A DNA stretch of 64,000 bases from Malacoraja senta (GCA_038087875.1 CM075990.1:11658001-11722000), one strand, 5' to 3'. Shown: positions 37,393 to 50,328, numbered from the stretch's first letter. The notes: generated from the sequence alone by a model not told the origin. Translations and numbers: made by a program.

Positions 37393-39119
37393 TTGATACT
37401 ATAGGGATGTCAACTTCTGCATTCTAACTGATGTAACAAACAATACCATGCAAAAGCAGGGTTGTTCCGATTGACAAATGTAATTTGCCAAGCCTGTAAG
37501 GTGTGCCACATGTCAGATAAAAATCTTGTGTAATCATTGCTGTTCCCGCTGACATAGCTGGCACTGCCCTTTGCAAGTCTGGGCACGGCAATCGGCAGGA
37601 GTGTCACTCGTTGCATGGGTGGGTTGCATTTAGTCTGTTTTTTAATGGGATTGCAAAATTGTAACCAGGTCTCTTGGAAGTGTCCGGCCTTGCCTGAGAA
37701 CTTTCAGAGTCGATCCTGTATTAATTCCACTATTTAATAAAATCGAAGCAACGTTGATATTTTTTTTCTGCTTTCCCCTGATTGTTGACAAAAATAACTT
37801 TTCTACATTAGTGTGGGTCCTTAATTTAAACTGAATTATCTACTGCCAAGTGTCCTCCCTTGAAGCACATTTTGTCACTAATACATCTATGAAATGCAGA
37901 AGTTTGTTTAATTATCTTAGCATGCCCATAATCACCGTACTTGTCTAGCCAAGGCTTGCATTGGTTTTTTAAAAAGTGGTGAATTTAACAAGAAATAATT
38001 TGCTGTTGAGGAACTGTATTCCCGTGCACGTTCAACTATGAATGCCTGATGCACAAGCAGTGAGTGGGAATTCTGAGCGGAGCAGAAGTCCAAGAAACTT
38101 TAACAAACTAGGAAAATACAAATGTTGACCTGTTGTCATTCCTACCAAACGTGTAGGAAGGAACTGCAGATACTGGTTTACATTGAAGATAGACACAAAA
38201 TGCTGGAGTAACTCAGCGGGACAGGCAGCATCTCTGGATAGATGGAATGGGTGGTGTTTCGGGTCGAGACCCTTCTTCATAAGCAAGAATGAATTTCACT
38301 GCTTGATCCATTGAAGCAACTTTCAGAGAGACTCGGATATGCCTGTGCTAGGTGTTCGGAACATGCAATGGTGGATTCATGTCAAAAGCTGGGGGTGTGG
38401 GGGGAATATCTGTGTGACCCATCACAGCAGAGTTGGGACATGCCCTTGCGAATAGTCCAAATGATCGTTGTGCTGTGATAAGCGTCAAATCAAAACATGG
38501 TACTGATTCGAAGCTGAGATTAGTATTGCTACCGACCGGGGTTCCTTGGATATTAAGTGCCACTCTCTGAGAGGTACCACAGTTCAAGGTATAACAGTTT
38601 GTGGCAAACTGCACTTAATTAACGGTCGACATTCCTCGCCCCTCAAAAGAGCCTCTGTTCCAAAACACTTTATAAGCAATAAAAGTTTATTTTTGAAACG
38701 TAGTCCGTTGCATTAGTAAATGCAGCAGCCAATTTACACGCTGCACTCTCTCATAAACAGTTGCGTGCATGGCTATGTTAGTCTTGGTCAGTTGTCTTCA
38801 TGTGCGGCGTCCTGGCACTCCTACAAGGTCTAAAAACAAAATGTTCCTGGGCTTTACTTTTTAGTTAACTAAAGTAAAGTTGATATGATACTTTTCAGTT
38901 GTTTATTTAATTAGAAGTTGATTTGCCACAAAATCCAAATGGATGAGGGGGTTTATGTTGATGGAAAAAATTGATAACTGTAGCTTATTTTTTCATTGAT
39001 GTCCATACTGGCACCTTTTTGCCAAGCGCAATTCTTGGTGATGTCTCCTGGATGAATGTTGACCACTGGGGAAATATCCCTTGTGCTTCAGCAGAGTGTT
39101 GGATGATATCTTAAAGGGA

Positions 39120-39695
39120 CTGGGTGGCACAGCAGTAGAGTTGCTTCCTTCCAGTGCCAGAGACCTGGAACCAGGAGCCTGAAGACTGCAACGACCAGGT
39201 TCAGGAACAGCTACATCCCCACAGCCATCAGGCTATTAAACCTGGCTCGGACATAACGCTGAACTTTACTAGCCAATACTGTTATTTGCACTTTATCAGT
39301 ATATTGACCATTGTGTATATATTTATAGAATGCCTTGTAGTAAATGCCTACTATGTTCTGTTGTGCTCAAGCAAAGCAAGAATTTCATTGTCCTACCAGG
39401 GACACATGATAATAAACTCCCTTGACTTGACTTGACTTGACCTGGGTTTGATCCTGACTACGAGTGCTGTCTGTCCGGAGTTTGTACGTTCTCCCGGTGG
39501 ATTTTCCCAAGGTGCTCCGGTTTCCTCCCACGCTCCAAAGATGGGCAGATTTGCAGGTTTATTGGCTTTGATTAAAAATAGTAAATTGTCAAGAGAATTG
39601 TGCAGGATAATGCTAGTGCATGTGGATCGCTGGTCAATGCAGAATCAGTGGGCCGAAGGGCCTGTTTCAGCACTTTAATTTAAACCAAGCTAAAC
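39120..39695 (+). mobile_element. V-SINE split by a Rex1/Babar-like 3' end (39167-39440, tail (CTTGA)n)
   Basis: SINE ccagagacctgg|gtttgatcc is separated by RSLKTATTRFRNSYIPTAIRLLN-coding sequence and UTR. Confidence 0.8.
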
Positions 39696-41919
39696 CAGCA
39701 TCTGGGAAATAGATAAATAAGGCATGATCCATAACCTGAATTTGAATCATCTTTCTTCATGACAAGCATCAAGGATCTCTAACATCAGCATTGGTTTCCA
39801 GAGGAGAAAGCACTGTGGTCAAATCGGGCAACTGTCAACAGCTGAACCAAAGTCAGCATTTGGCTAACACAAGGTAGTCATATTTCACTGGTAAATCACA
39901 TCATTAAGCTGCTCCTGGTGATGACTCCACAGCCAACACAATTAATTGCCTGCAAATGAGATGTGGGTTTTACTCAAATTTAGCAATAGCTGCTACTGTT
40001 GAATGATCTTAGTGTTAAGTCTACACAGCTGTGAAACAGGGAGCTGGTCCAGTATTAGTGCTGCTGCATTGCTGAAATAACACCTCACATTTCCATCCCG
40101 ACCAGTCAAATCTGCCCAAGATCAATAGGCAGCGAACAATCCTTCGGTCTAAATACAGAAAAGCTTCAAAAAGCTGTCCGGTGAGCAGTGTCTTCTCTGG
40201 AGCAGGACCACGCCCGGGTTAGCATTGCCAAATGATTACGCAGTTGCAAGGGTCAAGATGGACTTCCAGTTGGCCTGCTCTTACCATTGAGGTTTGATGC
40301 CCTGGGTAGAAATATCCAGAATCACTCCCTTTGTCTTGGGACCATGGGGTAGAGAAACATCAGTAGCAAAGAGATGCTTCATGGTCAATGCTGGAGAAGA
40401 GTAAGATTGGAGTTGGTCATGGTCTTACAGCAGAGAGCAAGGCACCATGTCAATGTGAACCAAGTACTTGTCTATGCTAAATGTTTAAGAAGCAACTGCA
40501 GATGCTGGAAAGTCGATGGTAGACAAAATTGCTGGAGAAACTCAGCGGGTGAGGCAGCATCTATGGAGCGAAGGAAATAGGCAACGTTTGGGGCCGAAAC
40601 CCTTCTTCAGACTTGTCTATGCTATATGTAGGAAGGAAGTGCAGTTTAATTTGGCTTTGGTAAAAAAAATCACACTTTGTTCCTAGTGTGTAGGGTAGTG
40701 CTGGTGTATGGGGATCATTGGTCGGCAGGGACTCAGTGGGCCGAAGGGCCTGTTTCCACATCTCTAAACTAAAACTAAACTTGAAAAAAACTAAACTGCA
40801 TTCCTTCTCTCCAGACATGCTGCCTGTCCCGCCGAGTTTGTGTCAATCTTCGGTGTTAATTTCTGTTGTCAACTGAGCCAAGGTTTGCATTTTGAACAGG
40901 GCAACTTTTTTGGGGGGATTAGTATTAGCTGTAATAAGTGAACTTTTTGTCAACCTTTGCTCCGACTGGTCGGCCTCCTGTAATGTTTCACCCAAAGCCA
41001 CGTTGAGTGAGCCATTCAGCATTTTAAGTGTTATGTAACATTCTTTACCTAATGCTTAATTTATTACCTACTGCTTAAATTATTATCTCAGTTAAATAGC
41101 ATGACTGTGAAATAGATCAGTGTTGGAGCACAGACTGGGGAACTGACGTACGTGCTTCAAGCACTCTCCATAGGCGGGAGGCGAGGTTGGGGGAAGGAGC
41201 TTGCAATTAAGAAGAAGGGTCTCGACCCGAAACGCCACCCATTCCTTCTCCCCAGAGATGCTGCCTGTCCCGCTGAGTTACTCCAGCTTTGTGTGTCTAT
41301 CTGCAATTAAACTGTGTACATCCTGTGGAACTGCAGCCTCATCGATCTTCTTGTGTTGTTTGCATGTTCTCTCTATGACCTTTGACTGTTTTAAGCTTTC
41401 TCCCACATCCCAAAGATGCACGATCATAAGTTTGAGGAGCAGAATTGGGCCATTTGGCCCATCAAGTCTACACCGCCATTCAATCATGGCTGATCTATCT
41501 CTCCCTCAAGACCATTCTCCTGCCTTCTCCCCATAACCCCTGACACCCGTACTAATCAAGAAGTTGTCAGGTTCTTGGTTTAGTAGGTTGACTGAAATCT
41601 CTATTTTTCTGAGGGTGTTTGTGAGTGGTAGAATTTTGGGGAATGTAAAATTAGTGAAATGGGTGATTGATGACTGATCAATGATCAATGACTGAGCCGT
41701 CACCACTCTGCGTAGAGAATCTCAAAGATTCACCATCTTCTGTGTCAACATTCCTTCTGCAGACCTCAACAATTGATTCCATATTCTGAAATACTTAAAT
41801 CCCAATTCTAGATTGCATCCAGAGGAAACATACTCTCCACAGCTACACTGTCAAGTCCTCTGTTTTAATGAGGTGATTATTATTGTTCCAAACCAGAGAA
41901 CAGGAAATGGGGTGGTGCA

Positions 41920-42570
41920 CGGGTGGTACAGAGGCGTAGCGGTAGAGTTGTTGCCTTGCAGCGCCAGAGACCCAGGTTCAATCCTGACTACAGGTGCTGT
42001 CTGTATGGAGTTTGTATGTTCTCCCTGTGACCGCATGTGTTTTCTTCGGGTGCTCCTGTTTCCTCCCAGGTTTGTAGGTTCATTACCTTTGAAAGAACTG
42101 TAAATTGTCCCTAGTAGTGTCGGATAGTGCTTGTGCATGCTGACTCGGGCCAAAGGGCCTGTTACCGTGGTGTACCTCTGAAGTCTATTCAACAGCTCTG
42201 TGATGGATCTGCTGCATCTCCTCTATGTAATTGGACCCTTTCCGTGAGACAAAGAAAGAAAACTATTTAATTTAGAGATATAGCACGGGAACAGGCCCTT
42301 CAGCCCACCGAGTCCGCACCAATCAGCGATCTCCGCACATTATCACCTTGCTACACACACGAGGGACGATTTACACATGTCCCAAGCCAATTAACCTACA
42401 AACCTGTATGTCTTTGGAGTGTGGGAGGACACCGAAGATCTTGGAGAAAACCCACGCAGTCATGGGGAGAACGTACAAACTTTGCACAGACAGCACCCGT
42501 AGTCGGAATCGAACCTGGTTTCTCTGGTGCTGCAAGCGCTGTAAGGCAGCAACTACCGCAGCACCACCAT
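41920..42570. mobile_element. Tail-to-tail V-SINE pair (41920-42180 +, 42265-42570 -)
   Basis: Family structure on both strands. Confidence 0.8.
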
Positions 42571-44042
42571 ATACAGTAGTCCAGGTGTAGTTTCCTCGGC
42601 CATATATGATGGTAGTAAGATATTCTTAACCTTATGTTCAAAGTTATAATTGTAGTCAAATGTCCTTGCCCATGTACTCAGAAGCATCTTGCAATGAAGG
42701 CTGTTGTACCATTTGCGTTCTGTATTACCTGCTGCACTTGTATGTTATTCCAAGAATTGTGGACAAGTTCACTCCGATCTGCTTCTACATCAGCAGTTCC
42801 CACTCTTGTTGTTTAAAAAACAATTACACTCAGCATTTCTGTTGCTCTGTGATTAGATGGAACTTTCGACTGTAGATCAGTACAATGTTTCCACACTGTA
42901 TCTCTAAACCAAAGGGCTTCACAGTCGCTCTGCACAGCAGTGTTCTACAATCTCGCTCCATTTAAATACCTTTCTGCTTTTTCATTCTTACTCTCAGAGT
43001 GGATAACTTCACATTCCTCTCTGTTTTGTCCCTCCTTTTTAAATTTATTTCCTGGATTGTTCTATCTTGCTCTCAAAGTGCACTCTAAAATCTCCTTCAT
43101 CCATTCCTTATATCTCCCCATTTTCCATGGTATTTATAATTTATTCGCTTTGACTTTTATATTAAAATCATTATGTAAATGAAACTCATTGTTTATCTCA
43201 TTCAACACTTGCATACGGTGCCACCTATCGCCAAAGCTCTTGACTGGATTTCAAAGAAGTTTTGACTTGCGACCCTTGACCCTTGCCCTTCCGATAACCC
43301 TAAGCTTGACCCTGTCACCGACCATTTTCAGCACCCCCCCCCATGAATGGCCGGTGTACTCTGCTCAAGAGTTTGGTGGCTCCTTTGTTCTTCGTCAAGG
43401 CACAATCTTTTCTCTGCTTCAAAACCGAGATCACAGAACTCGTTGGAGGGAACTTTTCTTGAAAGATATCTTCTCACTGCAGGCAGGAAAGCAGAATGAA
43501 TTCTGTTCTTCTAAAAGGTTTGCAACAGCAGGACAAGGACCAGCCCTGCATGTTGGCACGAATCAAATCCTTTAATGATGCAATTATAGTTAATACTCTT
43601 TCCTGTCAAAGCCACAATGTTGCTCGCAGCCTTTGGAAAGAAAGTCGTTTTGTTCTCTTCGTGGGGTTTAAGAAACGCACGAAAGGAAACTAAAAGCTTT
43701 CATGTCATAATACTGAGACATCTCTGGGCTGTTTGAAACCAATGAATACTTTTGAATATCGATTTTCCAGCATCTGCAGTTCCTTCTTTAATACTTTTGA
43801 AGTGTCAGGTGGGGTTCTGCGGTTGTCAATTTGCTTCTAGCAAGGTGACGGCATGGTGTGGTAGTGGTAGAGTTGCTGCCTCACAGATCCATAGTCTATG
43901 GGTGCTGTCTGTATGGAGTTTGTACGTTCTCCCCATGACTTGCATGGATTTTCTCCTAGACCTTTGGTTTCCTCCCACACTCAAGTCGTACAGGTTTGTA
44001 GGGTAATTGGCTTGGTGGAAATAAAGTGGGGTGGATAGTGTT

Positions 44043-44230
44043 CTTCTTTCGAGTCCATCTTGTTACAAATGTTGACATCTCTGTCATTGTCCGTCCTGAA
44101 AAGGACGCAAGCTTCCGGCAACGATCAGTGGAAGCCACCACTTGTTACATTAGATGATGGTGCTAAAAGAATTAGCTCGGGATACTTCCAGTTTCCAGCC
44201 CCGCGACGTGGACACTTCTGCTATGGGGCC
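44043..44230 (-). mobile_element. Short non-autonomous retroelement: HDV-like ribozyme head, hairpins, GAA tail
   Basis: 11-bp TSD TGGATAGTGTT (44032-44042) / TGGATTGTGTT (44231-44241); minus strand ends ...GATGGACTCGAAAGAAG(AA). Confidence 0.75.
44164..44230 (-). ncRNA. HDV-like (CPEB3-like) self-cleaving ribozyme motif
   Basis: GGCCCC-A-UAGCAGAA-GUG-UCCACGU-CGC-GGGGCU-GG-AAACUGGAAGUAUCCCGA-GCUAA-UUCUUUUA: P1 (6 bp, G1.U), P2, P3, P1.1 (CC/GG), P4 and J4/2 with catalytic C at 44175. Confidence 0.8.
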
Positions 44231-45046
44231 TGGATTGTGTTGGTGAGTGGGGATCGCTGGTCTGTGTGGACTTGGTGGGCCGAAGAGCCTGTTTACCAGC
44301 TGTATCTCTAAACTAAAGGTCTTGCAAAATGGTAAGTGATGGATTTAATGATTCCGATGAGTGATGGGGAATTGAACACCAGAGGGCTAGTACTCGATTA
44401 AGCAGCAACCTGCCATGGCCCACACATTGAGGGACGAGCTTCTAGCCAGATGTTTGCACATTCATGGTATAAAACCAGAATTAAAAGGGAAACACAAAGC
44501 GCTGGAGCATGTCAGTGGGTCGGGCAGCATCCGCGGAGGGAACGGACATGCAATGTTTCGGGTTGGAGCTGACCCTCCTTCAGACCCCACCTGAACAATT
44601 GTCTGTCCATTCCCACCACAGATGCTGCCTTCATCAATTTGTGTTTTGCTCGATATTCCACAGTCTGCAGTTTCTTGTGTCTCTCACGGAATTAAACTCC
44701 AGCCTTCAGCTCTATTGAGATATGACTGCAATATAGCAATATCACTCTGCTATAGATAGTGCTTCCCCTGTGCTGGGGTTTAATAAATATTTGCAAGCAC
44801 AGAGCAACGCACTGTCAAATGTTTTGGGTAAACTGAGCACCCAGACTCTGCCATTTTCATTGAAGGAGCCATTCATCTCTTGCAGATTTGAGTACATTAG
44901 GCCATTTGTATTGAACAGGTATTGTACCATCTGCAGCTTTCCATACACAAGATCACATCTATTAATTCAGCACCTTTCTCAATGCATCCCATGCCTTTCA
45001 TATATTTCCACAAGGAAATATATTGCCCAAGTACATGAGCCAAGTA

Positions 45047-45703
45047 TAGAAACATAGAAACATAGAAATTAGGTGCAGGAGTAGGCCATTCGGCCCTTCG
45101 AGCCTGCACCGCCATTCAATATGATCATGGCTGATCATCCAACTCAGTATCCCGTACCTGCCTTCTCTCCATACCCTCTGATCCCTTTAGCCACAAGGGC
45201 CACATCTAACTCCCTCTTAAATATAGCCAATGAACTGGCCTCGACTACCCTCTGTGGCAGAGAGTTCCAGAGATTTACCACTCTCTGTGTGAAAAAAGTT
45301 CTTCTCATCTCGGTTTTAAAGGATTTCCCCCTTATCCTTAAGCTGTGACCCCTTGTCCTGGACTTCCCCAACATCGGGAGCAATCTTCCTGCATCTAGCC
45401 TGTCCAACCCCTTAAGAATTTTGTAAGTTTCTATAAGATCCCCTCTCAATCTCCTAAATTCTAGAGAGTATAAACCAAGTCTATCCAGTCTTTCTTCATA
45501 AGACAGTCCTGACATCCCAGGAATCAGTCTGGTGAACCTTCTCTGCACTCCCTCTATGGCAATAATGTCCTTCCTCAGATTTGGAGACCAAAACTGTACG
45601 CAATACTCCAGGTTTGGTCTCACCAAGACCCTGTATAACTGCAGTAGAACCTCCCTGCTCCTATACTCAAATCCTTTTGCTATGAAAGCTAACATACCAT
45701 TTG
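45047..45703 (-). mobile_element. Young 5'-truncated CR1 LINE (ORF2 C-terminal region, 3' UTR, (CTATGTTT)n tail)
   Basis: Open frame 45144-45695 LYRVLVRPNLEYCVQFWSP...GVQRRFTRLIPG...YEERLDRLGLYSLEFRRLRGDLIETYKI is typical of CR1. Confidence 0.93.
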
Positions 45704-46039
45704 CATTCGTATGCTTGTGTTCTTGTCACCCAGGCAGCTTATACAGTATGGTCTGAAAATGGGTCCCGACCCAAAATGTCACCTAGCAATTTTCTCAAGA
45801 TGCTGCCTGACCTGCTGAGGTACTCCAGCATTTTGTGTCTATCTTTGGTACAAACCAGGACCTGCCTTCCATTTTTATTTTATTAGCTTTTAGAGTAAAC
45901 CTCTATTAATCCAGCAACTTTGGACTTAATTCATCCAGCAAGGACACGGGCCCTTCTGCCCAACTCATCCATGCTGACCGAGATGCCCCCATCGATACTA
46001 CTCCCGTTTGTGTGCTCCGGTTCAACACTCTAAGATTTT

Positions 46040-46352
46040 TCAGACTTTAGTTTAGAGATATAGCGCGGAGACAGACCCTTTGGCCCACCGGGTCCGCGCC
46101 AACCAGCGATCCCCACATATTAACAACATCCTACAAACACTTGGGGCAATTTTTTTTTTACATTTGCCAAGTCAATTTACCTGCAAACCTGTACGTCTTT
46201 GGAGTGTGTGAGGAAACTGAAGAACTCGGAGAAAACCCATGCAGGTCACGGGGAGAACGTACAAACTCTATGCAGACGGCACCCGTGGTCGGGATCGAAC
46301 CCGTGTCTCTGGCGCTGTGAGGCCGCAACTCTACTGCTGCGCCACCGTGCCG
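46040..46352 (-). mobile_element. Full-length V-SINE (HE1-like)
   Basis: Family structure on the minus strand. Confidence 0.88.
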
Positions 46353-47109
46353 ACTATTGGATGTTATTTCTCTCAATGCCCCAACGCACCTTGAGGTAAA
46401 CTGCGAGCCCCTGAGTCCAGATGATGGCTGAGCAATGATTTGTGGCTGCACGTTCCTTTAATTTTACTGTGGGAGTGTTAAATGCGCAAGTTGGTCGGCA
46501 AGTGAGGCAGCAACAGCTGTCTGCAAGGGTCGTATACTTGATGTGTGATGACGGGCTCACAATGGGATTATTGGCTGCGACACCATTGTTGCAGCTTTTA
46601 TGGGACGTATCCTGCAGCTGACTGCGGAAGATGTTGCGGTTGGCACATTTATTGCAAAGCATTAAGTCGCTCCATCTGAGCTCTTGTTTATAGCCAGAGC
46701 AGCCTGCTGTCGGAGGCTAGCACCAAAGGTCCCTCCTGTCCCTGTAAACATCCACCTGCATTCAGCTCGGAGATAGACAGAAAATGCTGGAGTAACTCTT
46801 CCCCCCCCAACTCCTTCCCTCTGATTGTCTTGCTACCCCTCATGTTAGACTATAACAAATGAACTCCAGATGCTGGTCTATACCAAAGAAAGATACAAAA
46901 TGCTGGAGTAACTCAGCGGATCAGACAGCATCCTTGGTGAGTTGGAGAAAATGGATAGATGATGTTTTGACTCCTCGGACTCTGACAATTCAGCGATTCA
47001 GGCACTATTTATCGTTGCCCATTATCCCACAATCAGCCTGTCTTTGAGGAAGGAAGGTGGTGGAGCACTTGTGGGGAAAGAAACCGCAAACTCCACACAC
47101 AACTCCTAA

Positions 47110-47609
47110 AGGGGCTGTCCCACTTGGGCGACCTAATTGGCAAGTTTAGGAGAGTTTGAAAAAATGTCATGTTGAAGACCTCCTTCGACTATGTTGAAGA
47201 CCAGCTTCGACTAGCTACGACTAACTTCGGGGAAATTGGACACCGAATAGTGGAGAGTGAAGACGACCTCCTTTGATCTCCTTCGACCCTTCGACTATGA
47301 TGAAGACTATCTACGACTACCTTCGACTACCTTCAACTACCCTCGATTACCTACGACTAACATGCCGACCTACTACGACTAAACCTACGAGTAAAAAAAG
47401 TATCAATATTTTTCCATGGCGACCTTTTTTTACATGTTGAAAAATACGCCACGACCTTGCTGAGGCCTCGGGTACGTGGAGACCACTCTCGAGCATGAAG
47501 GATAGTTACAAAGACGTCCTATAACCTCGTATCGACCATGCTGCGAGTATGAGTCGAGGGCAAACTCGCCAGAACTAGCGGATTAGGTCGTCCAAGTGGG
47601 ACAGGCCTT
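47110..47609. mobile_element. PIF/Harbinger-type MITE, long relative of family A, with internal (CGACTAC/CGACCT) arrays
   Basis: TIR AGGGGCTGTCCCACTTGGGCGACCTAAT / ATTAGGTCGTCCAAGTGGGACAGGCCTT with TAA TSD; shares tgctgcgagtatgagtc.agggcaaactcg with family A. Confidence 0.85.
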
Positions 47610-47749
47610 TAAGACAGCATTGAGCCCAGTTTGCTGGAGCTACAATGCAATAGCACGAACCCTTGTCTGTGATTTTATTTTAATTCATGGAGGTTGGTGC
47701 GGAATTTGTAATCCAGAGGAAATATATGGATCTGTGAATAGTCAAAGTG

Positions 47750-48463
47750 ACTGTCTGTTCGTTTTTCCATCTTTTATTTTATTTTTAGTGTTTGTTAAAA
47801 GTTAGTTTTAATGTTCTCCGGTTTGTCTTATGTGGGGGGAGGGGGAGGGGGAGGGGGAAACTTTTTTTCCAGGTTCTTACCTTGCCGGAGATGTGATTAA
47901 TTTTCGGATCGCATTCTCCGGGCGCCCTGCGGCCTACCATCGATGGAGCTGGAGGCCTCCTCGGACTGTCGTGAGCCCCACTGAGGGGCGCGGACTTAAC
48001 ATCCGAGCTGATCCTTTGCCTGGGATCGCTCCAACCGCGGCCTGCGGACTTCACCGTCAAGAGCTCGCAGTCACGGGAGAGGCTAGTCGGGAGCTCCAAT
48101 GTCGTGGAAGGTTCGACGCGAGGTTCGATCGCCCGGCGCGGGGGAGCCGACATCCCCCTGATGCGGGAGCAGATCGCCTCGACTCGGAGGCCCCAAACGC
48201 CGCCGGCTACAGGAGTCAAGATCATCCCGTCAATGGAGGGCTCGAGGCCCCCAACCATGGGAGAACAAAGAGAAGGGACCTGAACTTTATTTCGCCTTCC
48301 ATCACAGTGAGGAATGTGTGGTGAGGAGTCACAGTGGTGGATGTTCGTGTTAAAATGTGTTTTGGGTGTTCTGTTGCTTTTTATTTGTGTGACTGACTTG
48401 GCAAAGGAAATTCCTCGAATGTTGCAAAACATACTTGGCAAATAAAGTACTATTCTGATTCTG
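47750..48463 (+). mobile_element. GC-rich non-coding interspersed element with LINE-type 3' tail
   Basis: T-rich leader, G tract, CpG-rich structured body, then ...ggcaaataaagtac(ATTCTG)n tail. Confidence 0.55.
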
Positions 48464-49231
48464 TGTGAGATGCCACCCAAGGTCATAGTTATCTAACATT
48501 GTCCACCATTCAGAAAGGCCAGCGCCTGCTCATGCAAAGAGCGAGAAATTTGACTGCATGTTAAATTTTCCACCTCGAGGCACATCTGACACAGACTAGA
48601 GACGCTGGCCCGTGTCATATACAGACTTTTACTGTGGTTTTAGCATGAATGCTCCTTGTATTTTTGGGAATGAGAAAGGCCTTTCTCTGTGGAGGGGTGT
48701 AACAAGCAGTTGCACAGTGTGTTATCAAATAGGTAAGCTGGAGGCTTTTAAATCTTGCGTCGTGAGATTTTATTGCTGCCTTTTGAATGAGCCATTCATC
48801 TCCTTCAGCTCAGAGTACATTAGGCTACTTGTGCTCAGCATTACTGATGTTCTCCCCTGCTTGGTGCACTCCAGCATACTGTCTCTCAGCAGCTTTATAG
48901 CCTTCAGTTACGGGAAAGTCTGCTGGCTTGGTTTATGTATATTTAAATTAAAGCAAAAAACCAATTGCTAATGGATCTCGATTGGGCTGTGTGGGGAGAC
49001 GGGCCAGATTGTGAAGGCCAGCTATGGCCATTGCTGCTTTATTTTTCAGCACATTGCCAAGGGGTTGGTGGGGGGAAACTTCAGGCAGCTGATGGGGAGT
49101 AGCATGCAGGCATTGCGACTGGCTTGCCAATGCCTTGAAGTGAAAGCCTTTATCCTTGATTTCAAGTCCCTCATCCAGCACTGGTCCTCCTCCAGTCCTG
49201 CAACTCCCCTACATTTTGGTCTCCTTCCAAT

Positions 49232-49513
49232 TGGGCGGCATGGTGGCGCAGCGGTAGAGTCGCTGCCTTACAGCGCCAGAGACCCGGGTTCGATCCCGAC
49301 TGCGGGTGCTGTTTGTACACAGTTTGTACATTCTCCCCATGACATGCGTGGGTTTTCTCCAGGTTTCTTCCCACACTCCAAAGACATGCAGGTTTGTAGG
49401 TTAATTGGCGTGGTATAATTGTAAAATTGTTCCTAGTGTGTGTAGGATAGTGTTAGTGTGCTGTGTTCGCTGGTTGGAAGGGCCTGTTTCTGAGCTGTAT
49501 CTCTAAACTAAAC
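49232..49513 (+). mobile_element. Full-length V-SINE (HE1-like)
   Basis: Head, V-domain, (CTAAA)n tail. Confidence 0.88.
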
Positions 49514-49642
49514 TCTGCTTCTTGCCCATTCTTAATGAAATTAATCACTAAGTTGTGGGCTGTGGAAATTCCAGTCTCAACTCAACTTCCTCTTTGCCCA
49601 AGCAGCTTGTTTTCTTCCCCAATGTTATGTCAGGTTTACTGT

Positions 49643-50224
49643 GGTGTGCGCATGTACAGTGAGACACACACACGCACACATGCACACGCGCACACACGCA
49701 CACACGCACGCACATGCGCACACACACGCACACACGCACACACGCACACAATGCGCACACACACACGCACACACGCACACAATGCGCACACACACACACG
49801 CACACACACGCACACACACACACACACGCACACACGTGCACACGTGCACACGCACACACACACCCACACGCACACACGCACACACGCACACACGCACACA
49901 CACACGCACACACGCACACACACACACACACGCACACACGCACACACATATACACACACACGCACACACATATACACACACACACACACACACGCACGCA
50001 CACACACATACACACACACACGCACACACATGTACACACATGCACACACACACACATACACACACACACACGCACACACACACACATATACACACGCACA
50101 CAATGCACACACACACACACGCACACGCACACACACATACACACACACACGCACACACATGCACACACACACACATACACACACACACACGCACACACAC
50201 ACACATATACACACGCACACAATG

Positions 50225-50258
<34 letters not shown>

Positions 50259-50280
50259 TATACACGCACACATATACACG

Positions 50281-50328
<48 letters not shown>

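Larger units (their letters stand above)
43845..44317 (+). mobile_element. V-SINE hosting the 44043-44230 insertion
   Basis: SINE 5' part ends ...ggatagtgtt and resumes tggattgtgttggtgagtggggatcgctgg...gggccgaagagcctgttt. Confidence 0.85.

Noticed and set aside
43956..44311. Short ORFs spanning the 44043-44230 insert
   Set aside because: They cross SINE/insert junctions; the insert is better explained as structured RNA.
47875..47900. U1 snRNA-like 5' end (CTTACCTTGCCGGAGAT)
   Set aside because: Similarity stops after about 15 nt; no Sm site or other U1 stems.
47785..48486. 233-aa and 164-aa ORFs
   Set aside because: GC-rich repeat body with no recognisable domain or splice context.
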